NCBI GenBank assembly: GCA_045658385.1
Contig: JAZOUW010000030.1
Location: 7,509-71,508 of the forward strand
DNA: 64,000 bases
Direction of reading: 5' to 3'
Source of the DNA: Faecousia sp.
GTDB lineage: Bacteria; Bacillota; Clostridia; Oscillospirales; Oscillospiraceae
The translations under genes were made by a program, and so were the position numbers. Shown here piece by piece: positions 39,466 to 49,150 of this stretch. The notes under the pieces are model-generated. The model saw only the letters and a list, made by a program, of their open reading frames with translations, was not told the DNA's origin and searched no databases. Numbering within the stretch: position 1 is the first letter of the stretch; every line of letters starts with the position of its first letter.

Positions 39466-41271
39466 ATGGATAAAATGATGAAAATTCCTGAACGGTCCGA
39501 AATTCCCCTTGCAGACACATGGGCAATTGAAGATCTGTATTCCAGCGACGCGGGTTGGGAGAAGGAACTGTCCACATTAGAAGAAGATAAGGAAAACTTG
39601 CTTTCTTATGCCGGAAAGCTTGGAGACGGTGGGCAGATGCTATATGAATATCTCTATGCTTCAGAACAGGTTCATGTAAAAGCGCAGCGCCTTGCAAATT
39701 ACTGTATGCGCAAGGCAGATGAAGATACCCGCAATGCTGCATATCAAGCTATGACCGGCAGGTTTATCAGTACTGCGGTTGCACTCAATACGGCAACCAG
39801 TTTTGAAACACCGGAAATTATGGCCATTTCTGAGGAGGATTTGGCAAAATTTTACCGGGATTTTCCAGAGCTGAACAGGTATCGTAGATACCTGTCAGAT
39901 CTGCGGCTGCATAAGGACCATGTTCTGTCACAAGAAGAGGAAAGAATTTTGGCTGCGGCCGGTGAAATGGCGCAAGCACCGGATAAAATATATGGTATGC
40001 TGACAGATGCGGATTTAACCTTTTCCGATGCAGTGGATGCAAATGGCGTACACCATCCTTTGACGCAGGCAACGTTTGTGCAATATCAGGAAAGTGCGGA
40101 CCGCGTTCTCCGCAAAAGCGCCTATGAAAATCTGTATAATGGCTTTTCCGGTATGAAAAACACTGCTGCTGCGTTGCTGGATGCGCAAAATAAGCAACTG
40201 AAGTTCTATGCGCAAACCCGCCATTATCCAAACGCATTTGAGGCATCTCTGGCATCAACCAATGTGCCTACCGATGTGTATTTGAATTTGATTGACACGG
40301 TGCATAAAAATCTGGACAAGCTGCATAGATACATTGCTTTGCGTAAGAAGTTGCTCGATGTTGACAGCCTGCATTTTTATGACATTTATGCGCCTCTTGT
40401 AAAGGATGCAGACAAAAAGATGCCTTTTGATGAGGCAAAAAAGACGGTTTATCATGCGCTAGCACCTCTCGGTGATGAATACCGGAAAATTTTGCAAGCC
40501 GGATTTGAAAATCGCTGGATTGATGTGTATCCCAACGTTGGCAAGCGCAGCGGCGCTTATAGTGCAGGCGCGGCAGTTCACCCCTATGTACTACTGAACT
40601 ATAGCGGTACGCTGGACAGTGTGTTTACCCTTGCCCATGAAATGGGTCATGCGCTTCATTCTTATTTATCCAATAAAAAGCAAAATCCGGTGGATGCCGA
40701 CTACGTCATTTTTGTAGCAGAGGTTGCATCTACCTGCAACGAAGCGTTGCTTATGGAATATCTCTTATCCAAAACTACCGACAAAAAAGAGCGGGCGTAT
40801 TTGATTAATCATTTCCTGGAGCAATTTAAAGGAACACTATTCCGTCAAACACTCTTTGCTGAATTTGAACTGAATATCGGTAAAATGGTTGCAGAAGGAA
40901 AAACGCTTACGGCACAGGCTTTGGATGATGAATACCGCCGCTTGAACGAAATGTATTATGGACCGGATATTGTCATAGATGATTATATTGCATCGGAGTG
41001 GACACGGATTCCCCACTTCTATTATGATTATTACGTTTTTCAGTATGCAACCGGTTATGCTGCTGCAATTGCCTGCTCCCAGCGGATTCTGCTTATTGGA
41101 GAACCTGCTGTGGCGGACTATGTTGACTTTTTATCCGGTGGTTGCTCCAAAAACCCTATAGAATTATTGAGGGGAGCAGGTGTAGATATGACCACGTCTC
41201 GTCCTGTCGAAAACGCATTGGACTTTTTTGGTAAATTGTTGGATGAAATGGAAAAAATAACGGAGGAATAA
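39466..41271 (+). CDS. pepF: Oligoendopeptidase F (M3B)
   Basis: WIDVYPN.GKRSGAYS, HPYVLLNY, HEMGHALHS, FVAEVAST, IPHFYY; ATG 39466 after GGAGG. Confidence 0.95.
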   Translation: MDKMMKIPERSEIPLADTWAIEDLYSSDAGWEKELSTLEEDKENLLSYAGKLGDGGQMLYEYLYASEQVHVKAQRLANYCMRKADEDTRNAAYQAMTGRFISTAVALNTATSFETPEIMAISEEDLAKFYRDFPELNRYRRYLSDLRLHKDHVLSQEEERILAAAGEMAQAPDKIYGMLTDADLTFSDAVDANGVHHPLTQATFVQYQESADRVLRKSAYENLYNGFSGMKNTAAALLDAQNKQLKFYAQTRHYPNAFEASLASTNVPTDVYLNLIDTVHKNLDKLHRYIALRKKLLDVDSLHFYDIYAPLVKDADKKMPFDEAKKTVYHALAPLGDEYRKILQAGFENRWIDVYPNVGKRSGAYSAGAAVHPYVLLNYSGTLDSVFTLAHEMGHALHSYLSNKKQNPVDADYVIFVAEVASTCNEALLMEYLLSKTTDKKERAYLINHFLEQFKGTLFRQTLFAEFELNIGKMVAEGKTLTAQALDDEYRRLNEMYYGPDIVIDDYIASEWTRIPHFYYDYYVFQYATGYAAAIACSQRILLIGEPAVADYVDFLSGGCSKNPIELLRGAGVDMTTSRPVENALDFFGKLLDEMEKITEE

Positions 41272-41272
41272 T

Positions 41273-41539
41273 ATGCCGGATATTTACTTGCCGACACTGC
41301 ATAGCTTTGCTATGAATAATATCTTTACAGGCTCCTGGAAGGAACTTCGTTTTCGAATCGTTCCCCAGGTGGAAAAGAAAACTGCAAAGGAAGTAGATTT
41401 TGAAAAGAGCAGTATCCATGTGGAGTACTGGCACGGCCCGTTTTGCTATGAGAAAAGTCAGATTGAAGGACAGGAAACCTTTCCCATGAGTGAAGAAGGA
41501 AGACAGCATATGAAATCCTGGCTGGAATCCCAAATTTAA
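41273..41539 (+). CDS. Small hypothetical protein
   Basis: ATG 1 nt after the pepF stop, RBS GGAGG, globular-looking 88 aa (NNIFTGS...LRFRI...WHGPFCYE...F..SEEG). Confidence 0.75.
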   Translation: MPDIYLPTLHSFAMNNIFTGSWKELRFRIVPQVEKKTAKEVDFEKSSIHVEYWHGPFCYEKSQIEGQETFPMSEEGRQHMKSWLESQI

Positions 41540-41546
41540 TAAAAAG

Positions 41547-41579
41547 AAAACCACATCTGTCAAAGACAGATGTGGTTTT
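41547..41579. terminator. Bidirectional terminator (pepF operon / tRNA)
   Basis: AAAACCACATCTGTC-aaa-GACAGATGTGGTTTT. Confidence 0.85.
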
Positions 41580-41580
41580 A

Positions 41581-41656
41581 TGGAGCGGGTGACGAGGCTC
41601 GAACTCGCTACCTCCACCTTGGCAAGGTGGCGCTCTACCAGATGAGCTACACCCGC
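41581..41656 (-). tRNA. tRNA-Gly (anticodon GCC)
   Basis: Reverse complement GCGGGTGTAGCTCATCTGGTAGAGCGCCACCTTGCCAAGGTGGAGGTAGCGAGTTCGAGCCTCGTCACCCGCTCCA; cloverleaf, TTCGA T-loop, encoded CCA. Confidence 0.98.
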
Positions 41657-41668
41657 GTAACAAGAGGT

Positions 41669-41696
41669 ATTATAACAGATTTTAAGGATATGTCAA
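41669..41696 (-). promoter_or_regulatory. sigma-A promoter of tRNA-Gly
   Basis: TTGACA-16bp-TATAAT on the minus strand. Confidence 0.8.
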
Positions 41697-41715
41697 TACC
41701 TTTTTTAAAAATAAC

Positions 41716-41747
41716 AAAAATGGGTTCGTAAAAACGAACCCATTTTT
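41716..41747 (-). terminator. Terminator of amino acid ABC operon
   Basis: AAAAATGGGTTCGT-aaaa-ACGAACCCATTTTT. Confidence 0.8.
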
Positions 41748-41750
41748 TCA

Positions 41751-42473
41751 TTATAAGACTTTGGACAAGAACTCTTGAAGTCTGGGATTTTGGGGATTGT
41801 TGAAAATTGCATCCGGAGTGCCTTGCTCGACGATTTTGCCTTCGTCCATAAACAGCACCCGATTACCGACTTCCCGGGCAAAACCCATTTCATGGGTAAC
41901 GACTACCATGGTCATACCGTCACTGGCAAGCTCTTTCATTACTTCCAAAACCTCGCCCACCATTTCCGGGTCCAGAGCGGAGGTTGGTTCGTCAAAAAGC
42001 ATCAGTTTTGGGTTCATTGCCAATGCGCGGACAATGGCAATTCTTTGTTTCTGACCACCGGAAAGCTGGCTTGGATATGCATCTGCTTTATCTTCCAAGC
42101 CTACTCTGCGCAGCAGCTGTGTAGCCACATCATTTGCGTCTTCCTTACTCATGAGCTTTGTACGGATCGGCGCAAGGGTAATGTTTTTGCGAATCGTCAT
42201 GTTGTTAAACAAATTAAAATGCTGAAACACCATGCCCATTTGCCTGCGAATCAGATCCAGATTAATCTTAGGGTCTGTAATATCCATTCCATCGAACAGA
42301 ATACTGCCGGAGGTTGGGATTTCCATCTGATTCAAACACCGCAAAAATGTAGATTTACCGGAGCCGGAGGGTCCAATAATAACAACTTTCTCACCGGGAT
42401 AAATATGCTCGGTAATGTTGTCCAGAACCAAATTGTCGCCAAAGGACTTGGATAAATTTTTAACGGCGATCAC
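41751..42473 (-). CDS. Polar amino acid ABC transporter ATP-binding protein (GlnQ/ArtR family)
   Basis: [46 protein letters not shown]. Confidence 0.95.
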   Translation of the reverse strand: MIAVKNLSKSFGDNLVLDNITEHIYPGEKVVIIGPSGSGKSTFLRCLNQMEIPTSGSILFDGMDITDPKINLDLIRRQMGMVFQHFNLFNNMTIRKNITLAPIRTKLMSKEDANDVATQLLRRVGLEDKADAYPSQLSGGQKQRIAIVRALAMNPKLMLFDEPTSALDPEMVGEVLEVMKELASDGMTMVVVTHEMGFAREVGNRVLFMDEGKIVEQGTPDAIFNNPQNPRLQEFLSKVL

Positions 42474-43239
42474 TTTGACGCAGCCTCCTTTCCAGCTTTT
42501 CCTGCAGCCAGGTGAAGATCATAACCAGCGCTAAATACATGACGGCAGTGCCGAGTAGTGGGAACATCTGCTCATAGGTACGACCGTATACACCTTGCGC
42601 GGCGTGAAGAAGTTCTTTGCCGCCGATAACGGTAATCAAAGATGTATCCTTTAAAAGAATAATAAACTCGTTGGCGAGGGAAGGCAGGATCGCCTTAAAT
42701 GCCTGAGGAATTACGATCAGGCGCATGGTGTCGATGTAATTAAGACCTAAGCTGCGTCCGGCTTCCGCCTGACCGGGATCCAGGGACATCAATCCACCAC
42801 GAATAATCTCGGCAACATATGCACCGGAGTTAATACCTAATGTGAGCGCGCCGATGGATGTAAAATCCCGGCTGCTGGAGAAAATAACCAGACCCATGAT
42901 CAGCATTTGCACCATCATCGGTGTGCCACGTATAATGGTAACATAAACTTTGCAGACCCAGTTGACAATACCAAACAGAAAACTTCCAAAAGGATTTCCT
43001 GTGCCAGGACGACGCTGATCGTAAGCAGTGCGGATTACTGCAACGATCACGCCCAAAAGGATACCGATTGCCAAAGCCATGGCAGTAACCAGCAGGGTAG
43101 TGCCCAGGCCTTCCAGATACTGTAACCACCGATTATTTTCAATAAATGCCTGATAGAACTTCACAAAGAACTCCTTCCAATAGGGGAGCTCCTCGCCGGA
43201 ACGAATCAGGTTTTTCCATAATTCATAATACTCTGCCAC
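42460..43239 (-). CDS. Polar amino acid ABC transporter permease
   Basis: [41 protein letters not shown]; GTG 43239 after GAGG. Confidence 0.93.
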   Translation of the reverse strand: MAEYYELWKNLIRSGEELPYWKEFFVKFYQAFIENNRWLQYLEGLGTTLLVTAMALAIGILLGVIVAVIRTAYDQRRPGTGNPFGSFLFGIVNWVCKVYVTIIRGTPMMVQMLIMGLVIFSSSRDFTSIGALTLGINSGAYVAEIIRGGLMSLDPGQAEAGRSLGLNYIDTMRLIVIPQAFKAILPSLANEFIILLKDTSLITVIGGKELLHAAQGVYGRTYEQMFPLLGTAVMYLALVMIFTWLQEKLERRLRQSDRR

Positions 43240-43311
43240 AAAAAACCTCACAATTTCTTCACACCAAAAAGGGCGGCACAAAATGCCACCCTTTTGATAG
43301 GTTTCTAACGA

Positions 43312-44097
43312 TTATTCAGCCTTGATGTACTTATCCACAATTTTCTGAACAGTTCCGTCGGCAATCAGTTCGCCAAGGGCATTGTTGATTGCTTCAACCA
43401 AAGCGGTATTGCCCTTATCACAGCCAATTGCATAATCTTCGGCAACCCACTCGCCGTCCAGAATTGTCAGACCGGTATTTGCCTTGACATACTCTGCTGC
43501 AGGTGCGCTGTCAATGATAACACAGTCTACCTGACCCTTAATAAGCGCCTGAACAGCAGTTGCGCCGTTGTCATATGCCGTGACATGGTCCTCGCCATAT
43601 CCACCGTTTTCCGGGGTGTCAGATGCATAGATATAGCCGGTAGTACCGCGCTGTGCGCCGATCATTTTTTCGCCGAGATTGTCCATTGTGACATCGGAAC
43701 CTTCCTTGACAATAACAACCTGCTTGCCGGTAGCATAGCTATCAGTGAAGTCCATAACCAGCTTGCGGTCTTCGTTGACAGTAACACCGGCCATAACGAT
43801 ATCGCTCTTGCCTTCGTTGACAGCCAGCAATGCGGCATCAAAGCCCATATCCAGGATTTCCAGCTCAAGTCCCAGCTTCTTGGCAATCTCACCGGCGATT
43901 TCCACGTCGATACCGGCAAAGCTGCCGTCGTCGTTGGTCATTTCATAGGGAGGGAATTCTGCGTTGGTGGACATGATCAGCTTACCGGCCTCAATCGTAT
44001 TCAAGCTGTTGCTGCCATCGTTATCGGTTTTGCCACATGCACAAAACAGGCCGAGCACCATTACAAGTGCCAATGCCAATGCCAAATACTTTTTCAT
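43312..44097 (-). CDS. Polar amino acid ABC transporter substrate-binding lipoprotein (SBP family 3)
   Basis: Lipobox FCAC; TNAEFPPYE, GIDVEI, AQRGTTG, EDYAI. Confidence 0.93.
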   Translation of the reverse strand: MKKYLALALALVMVLGLFCACGKTDNDGSNSLNTIEAGKLIMSTNAEFPPYEMTNDDGSFAGIDVEIAGEIAKKLGLELEILDMGFDAALLAVNEGKSDIVMAGVTVNEDRKLVMDFTDSYATGKQVVIVKEGSDVTMDNLGEKMIGAQRGTTGYIYASDTPENGGYGEDHVTAYDNGATAVQALIKGQVDCVIIDSAPAAEYVKANTGLTILDGEWVAEDYAIGCDKGNTALVEAINNALGELIADGTVQKIVDKYIKAE

Positions 44098-44135
44098 AAT
44101 GCGTAACTCCTTTTAAATTAAGTTTTTATGGATGT

Positions 44136-44164
44136 ATTATACAACGTATAATATTCACAGTCAA
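44136..44164 (-). promoter_or_regulatory. sigma-A promoter of amino acid ABC operon with operator-like spacer
   Basis: TTGACT-17bp-TATAAT on the minus strand; spacer contains TGAATATTATAC. Confidence 0.75.
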
Positions 44165-44370
44165 CTGGAAAATATGAAAAGTATTCACAAAAATATTGCA
44201 CAGAATTTAAGTAAAATCAACAAAAACATGCAAAATGTATTGGATAACTGAATATTTCACTAGAATTACTATGAAAACATAATGAATATTATACAGAACT
44301 ACAATGCATAGTTTATTTGCGGGTTTGTAGCTGTCGAGGGTACAAATAGCATTATTCGTAATAAAACTAG

Positions 44371-44399
44371 TTGTAAACAATAAAAAAATATTATATAAT
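44371..44399 (+). promoter_or_regulatory. sigma-A promoter of murC operon
   Basis: TTGTAA-17bp-TATAAT. Confidence 0.65.
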
Positions 44400-44441
44400 A
44401 ATTAAGTTATTGTAATTTCATAACTTCTGAGGAGTTTAATT

Positions 44442-45803
44442 ATGATGAATCGAAGTGAAGAACTGAAAAAATATTTGGTGCCGGGTAAACATGTGCATCT
44501 GGTAGGCATCGGCGGCGTTTCCATGCGCCCTCTTGGGCTGGTGCTGAAGGATATGGGCATGTCTGTAACCGGATCTGATATGAATTCGTCTGTCTCCACC
44601 GATGAACTGATTTCCAAAGGTATTCATGTTGCAATTGGCCATGAGGCCGGTAATGTTGCAGGCGCTGATTGTGTGATTCGTACAGCAGCTGCCCATAATG
44701 ATAATCCGGAAATCGCTGCGGCCCGGAGCCGGGGTATTCCAACTTTCGAGCGGGCAGAGGCTTGGGGCGTTATTATGCAGGGCTACAAGAATGCCGTATG
44801 CATTTCCGGTACCCATGGCAAAACGACCACAACCTCGATGGTTACTCATATCCTTATGGCAGCAAATTTTGACCCCACAGTTATGATTGGTGGATATCTG
44901 CCTTTGCTCCATGCGGGACATCGGGTGGGAAATGGTGACACGATTGTCTTGGAAAGCTGTGAGTATTGCGACTCTTTTTTGAATTTTTACCCCACGTTGG
45001 CGGTTATACTAAATATTGAAACGGATCATCTTGACTATTTTAAAGACTTGCAGGATGTGGAAAAATCCTTCCGGAAGTTTGCGGAGTTGTCCACAAACGG
45101 CATTTTGGCCAATGGTGACGATCCTCATGTGGTAGAAACACTCAACGGGTTGGATTATGTCACTTTTGGTCTTAATAAATCTAATCGGATCACTGCAGAT
45201 AATATTTGTCCTGATTGGAGACATTTTGATGTCATTTGCGACGGGGAATTTTATTGCCGCCTTGATTTGCAGGTTTTGGGTAAGCACAATGCGCTGAACG
45301 CGTTGGGTGCTGCAGGCGCCGCGTGGATGCTCGGCGTTCCTGGTGATGCCGTTGCAGAGGGCTTGTCTACTTTTGGTGGCGCGGAACGGCGCATGCAATT
45401 TAAGGGTAAGTTTAACGGTGCAGATGTGTTTGATGACTATGCGCACCACCCGGATGAATTGGCTGCTACCATTGCTGCAGTTCGCACACTGGACTATAAG
45501 CGCATTATTGTTGCTTTCCAACCCCATACCTATACCCGCACAAAGGCGTTGTTTTCAGATTTTGTCAGGGAACTGAAAAAGGCTGATTTGGTTATTCTTT
45601 CAGAAATCTATGCTGCAAGAGAACGCAATATTATCGGCATATCATCAGCGGATCTTGCACAACAGATTCCCGGAAGTGTATACTGTGAGACATTACCTAA
45701 GGTTACGGACTATCTGAAGCAGGTTGCCCAACCGGGTGACGTGATATTGACGGTGGGCGCAGGAGATATCTATAAATCCGGAGAAGCGCTCCTGGGCACA
45801 TAA
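44442..45803 (+). CDS. murC: UDP-N-acetylmuramate--L-alanine ligase
   Basis: HLVGIGGVSM, GTHGKTTTTSM, DHLDY, DDYAHHP, FQPHTYTRT, GAGDI. Confidence 0.96.
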   Translation: MMNRSEELKKYLVPGKHVHLVGIGGVSMRPLGLVLKDMGMSVTGSDMNSSVSTDELISKGIHVAIGHEAGNVAGADCVIRTAAAHNDNPEIAAARSRGIPTFERAEAWGVIMQGYKNAVCISGTHGKTTTTSMVTHILMAANFDPTVMIGGYLPLLHAGHRVGNGDTIVLESCEYCDSFLNFYPTLAVILNIETDHLDYFKDLQDVEKSFRKFAELSTNGILANGDDPHVVETLNGLDYVTFGLNKSNRITADNICPDWRHFDVICDGEFYCRLDLQVLGKHNALNALGAAGAAWMLGVPGDAVAEGLSTFGGAERRMQFKGKFNGADVFDDYAHHPDELAATIAAVRTLDYKRIIVAFQPHTYTRTKALFSDFVRELKKADLVILSEIYAARERNIIGISSADLAQQIPGSVYCETLPKVTDYLKQVAQPGDVILTVGAGDIYKSGEALLGT

Positions 45804-45832
45804 TTTCTCCCAATGAAAATGAGGCGGTATAT

Positions 45833-46903
45833 ATGAAGAAATTAAATGTTTGCATTTTGTTTGGCGGTATGAGCCCGGAGCACGAGGTATCACTTCGTTC
45901 CGCGGAATCCGTTTTAAATAATATCGATCAGGAAAAATACAATGTATTTCCTGTAGGCATTACCAGAGACGGTCAGTGGCTTCTATATAAGGGAGCGGAT
46001 TATTCGGATCTTCCCAGCGGTAAGTGGATGGAGGAAGCACTTTCCACAAAAGTGGCAATCTCTCCGGTTCGAAAACAAGGGCTGCTGCGTTTTGAAGGCG
46101 AAACAGTCACCTGTGAGACCATTGATGTGGTTTTCCCCGTTCTTCACGGTGAAAACGGTGAGGATGGTGCTATGCAGGGACTTCTGAAGATCGCAGGGAT
46201 TCCTTATGTTGGCCCACATGTGGCACAATCTGCCGTTGCAATGGATAAGACGTTGACGAAGCTGGTAATGGATCAGGCAGGAATTCCCCAAGCTGCCTGG
46301 GTTTTGGTGAGAAACAGTGACCTGGATGCGCGTATGGATGCCGCTTTGGCTTGTGTTGAGGCGCGTTTTTCCTATCCTGTATTTGTAAAGCCTGCCGGTA
46401 CAGGATCTTCTGTAGGCGTGTCGAAAGCAAATGATCGCGACCAACTACAGGATGCCCTTATTCAGGCAGGCCGCTATGACGAAAAGATCCTGGTGGAAGA
46501 ATGTATTTTCGGCAGGGAGGTGGAGGTTGCTGTTCTCGGCAACGGTCGCCCTGTGGTCTCTGTTTGCGGTGAAATTGATTCCGGTGCAGAGTTTTATGAC
46601 TACGATGCCAAATATATCACGGATACTTCTGTTGCCTATATTCCTGCACGGATTTCGGAAGAAACAGCCGAGCAAGTTCGGGAGCTGGCAGTAAAGGCTT
46701 ATCAGGCAATTGGCTGTCAGGGACTCAGCCGGGTGGACTTCTTTGTAACCTACGAAGGTGAGAAAATTGTGTTTAACGAGATTAACACGCTTCCCGGCTT
46801 TACTTCTATTTCCATGTACCCCAAGCTTTTTGCTGCCAGTGGGATTGAATATTCACAACTGATCGATGAGCTTTTGCAGCTTGCATTGGAGGCTGCAAAT
46901 TGA
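45833..46903 (+). CDS. ddl: D-alanine--D-alanine ligase
   Basis: GGMSPEHEVS, LHGENGEDG, GSSVGV, FYDYDAKY (Tyr omega loop), NEINTLPGFT. Confidence 0.95.
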   Translation: MKKLNVCILFGGMSPEHEVSLRSAESVLNNIDQEKYNVFPVGITRDGQWLLYKGADYSDLPSGKWMEEALSTKVAISPVRKQGLLRFEGETVTCETIDVVFPVLHGENGEDGAMQGLLKIAGIPYVGPHVAQSAVAMDKTLTKLVMDQAGIPQAAWVLVRNSDLDARMDAALACVEARFSYPVFVKPAGTGSSVGVSKANDRDQLQDALIQAGRYDEKILVEECIFGREVEVAVLGNGRPVVSVCGEIDSGAEFYDYDAKYITDTSVAYIPARISEETAEQVRELAVKAYQAIGCQGLSRVDFFVTYEGEKIVFNEINTLPGFTSISMYPKLFAASGIEYSQLIDELLQLALEAAN

Positions 46904-47325
46904 AAATACCGGTTATATTATCCATTTGTGGCAGACAAGCCTATCAAGACCAAGAGCCGGATACCGTCGAACTTGTAACCGAAGGAACTCTGGAGTATCG
47001 CGACGGCGGTTGGGATATTCAATATGAAGAAAGTGACCTCACCGGTCTGCAAGGCGTTAATACGTTGTTTCGGGTGGAGCAGCATAAGGTTGAACTGATA
47101 AGACAGGGAAAACTCCATTCCCACATGGTATTTCGCAAGGGCGTGCCCCATGAATCCTTGTATCAAATGGAGTTTGGCGCGTTGATGATATCCGTTTGCG
47201 CAAAACAGATCTTTGTTCAGTTGGATGAAAATGGTGGCATGATTGATCTTGTCTACAGTATTGAAATTGAGCAAAGCGCAGCAGGGGAAGTGGACTACCA
47301 CCTGGAAATTCGTAAAAGAGCATAA
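46900..47325 (+). CDS. DUF1934 family beta-barrel protein (YwiB-like)
   Basis: ELVTEG, YEESDLTG, SLYQMEFG pattern; TTG overlaps the ddl stop. Confidence 0.75.
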   Translation: MKIPVILSICGRQAYQDQEPDTVELVTEGTLEYRDGGWDIQYEESDLTGLQGVNTLFRVEQHKVELIRQGKLHSHMVFRKGVPHESLYQMEFGALMISVCAKQIFVQLDENGGMIDLVYSIEIEQSAAGEVDYHLEIRKRA

Positions 47326-47328
47326 TAA

Positions 47329-47358
47329 ATGTGCCGCTGAAATGTTTCTGCGGCACAT
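47329..47358. terminator. Terminator between convergent genes
   Basis: ATGTGCCGC...GCGGCACAT. Confidence 0.65.
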
Positions 47359-47363
47359 ATATT

Positions 47364-49088
47364 TTATTCTGGCGGCAATGCACCGGGACTTTCTGAAACA
47401 CCGCCTCCGCCAATTCCGGCTCCGGAATTATTGGGCGTTTGCGTTGAATTTTCAATTACACAAATCACGGCATCCCGTTTGCGGTAATTGGAAGTGGCTT
47501 CAAAATCTTTTGTGATGCATTCGTCTGTTTCTTTGCTGTAGCGGCACCGGTATGTTTTGATGTCATAGCCGGTAAATGGCTCTGTTATGTAGTCGCCATC
47601 TTTATAGCCCTTGGAATTATTGGCATGCATCGTCTGATAAGAAGTGTCGTACTTATAGGTGTTCAGTTTCTCATACTCCATTTTTACATAGTAATCCTTT
47701 GTATCTGTGCCATGTAAAGTAACAGTAGTATTTCCTTCAGAAGCTTCTGCTTCAATACGGATGGGGTAATCGGTGTTGTTTTTGAAACGAAAATCGATTG
47801 CGCCCCAGCTGACAGTTGCATCCATACCGAGGGGCATATAGGTGGTGGCAAAACCGTGGTTATCCCGCATGAGAATTTCCAGGTCTGCAACCATTGCGCA
47901 ATAGTATAGACTGGAGGATACCTGACAAATACCGCCACCAAGTGTTTTTACGGTTTCGTTTCCAGCGTAGGAATCACCTAATTTGTAGCCACGTTCCGCT
48001 GTACGTGCACCCAGGGCGTCGTTGTAGGAGAAGACGTCGCCGGGATACAAAATCAGACCGTTGATTGCCTTGCAGGCCAGCGCCAGGTTTACATCCCGGT
48101 TTGCATCGCTTTCGTGGGCGGCAGTGTAGGTCGCCAGTTCGTCCCGGTACAGCATGGCAGTCAAGTCTTTGGCGGTTATCTCCGGGGTTAACGCTTTAAA
48201 GGGAATTTCAACAGTTGCGCCGTAGGCCGTATTTTTAATTTTTTCCTGCGCTGCAGCCAGGTCAAAACCATAGCCGTCCTTTCCTTCAATGGCTTCGAAG
48301 GTTTTTTTGTCAAAACAGGCATTCACCGGAGCAACATAGTATTCATCCAGTATGCTTTGCAGATCAATGGGGGTCGGTTCAATTATGCCGCATTTGCCTT
48401 CAACAGAAAACTGATTCTGGTTGTAAGCATCCAAAACCTGTTGGTATAGTTCATCGAAATTTAAGCCGTATTCCGGAACACCTAAAGTAACAACCAGTGT
48501 TTGATTGGGGGAATCCCCGATAACATCATAGGTGCTTTGGGTCAAAGTTGTGCTGTACTTTTCACCCAAATCTGACAGCACTTCCTTGATAGCCTTTTCG
48601 TCAAGCTGCAAATATGGTGTGATATCAACGGTATAGCCGGTTGTCATGGCAATTTGCTGCTGTTCCTGTTTCTTACTTTCCGTACCGGTGTTGCCGAATT
48701 TATAAGCGGCCCGAACGGCTGCCCGGACATTGAAAGACCGGCAACAGCTTGCAGGTAAGGTAGCCTCGCTTTCCAGCACTTTAACGACCATAGACTTGCT
48801 GCCGTAGGTGTCAGCAATTGCAGCATTTACCGCATCAATTGCATCTTTTTGCGACATGCCGCCCACATCAACGCCGGCAACGGTGGTGTTTTCTAAAATG
48901 ATTCCGTCGAGATATGCGTTGGAGAAATATACATAACCGGCAATAACTGCAATTACAGTTGCAACAAGTGCAATGCAAACAGCAATTGCTGCGCCTTTAT
49001 TATGTGCTTGTCGACGGTTTTTCCCGGAACGTTTCCCGGCACCCGCTCGCTTTTGCGCGTGGGTAAGCTTGCCTTTATATTTCGCCAT
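47364..49088 (-). CDS. Membrane-anchored VanW-family protein (PG-binding repeats, VanW domain, G5-like tail)
   Basis: Basic N-tail plus TM; VAGVDVGGMS; NRDVNL..A...ING...PGDVFSYN; GGGICQVSSSLY; GMDATVSWG.IDFRFKN. Confidence 0.88.
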   Translation of the reverse strand: MAKYKGKLTHAQKRAGAGKRSGKNRRQAHNKGAAIAVCIALVATVIAVIAGYVYFSNAYLDGIILENTTVAGVDVGGMSQKDAIDAVNAAIADTYGSKSMVVKVLESEATLPASCCRSFNVRAAVRAAYKFGNTGTESKKQEQQQIAMTTGYTVDITPYLQLDEKAIKEVLSDLGEKYSTTLTQSTYDVIGDSPNQTLVVTLGVPEYGLNFDELYQQVLDAYNQNQFSVEGKCGIIEPTPIDLQSILDEYYVAPVNACFDKKTFEAIEGKDGYGFDLAAAQEKIKNTAYGATVEIPFKALTPEITAKDLTAMLYRDELATYTAAHESDANRDVNLALACKAINGLILYPGDVFSYNDALGARTAERGYKLGDSYAGNETVKTLGGGICQVSSSLYYCAMVADLEILMRDNHGFATTYMPLGMDATVSWGAIDFRFKNNTDYPIRIEAEASEGNTTVTLHGTDTKDYYVKMEYEKLNTYKYDTSYQTMHANNSKGYKDGDYITEPFTGYDIKTYRCRYSKETDECITKDFEATSNYRKRDAVICVIENSTQTPNNSGAGIGGGGVSESPGALPPE

Positions 49089-49150
49089 ACGCAATACTCC
49101 TTTTTCTCTTTCTTGGAAATATTTTAGCACATTAAGAGGACTTTGCCAAG

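Noticed and set aside
41540-41750. tRNA-Gly as an integration site
   Set aside because: No integrase and no duplicated tRNA 3' end seen in the window; the flanks are housekeeping genes
45833-49088. ddl near a VanW-family gene as a possible vancomycin resistance locus
   Set aside because: Ddl has the Tyr omega loop (FYDYDAKY) of D-Ala-D-Ala ligases and sits with murC. There is no vanH/X/R/S, the genes are convergent, and VanW-domain proteins are common chromosomal genes.
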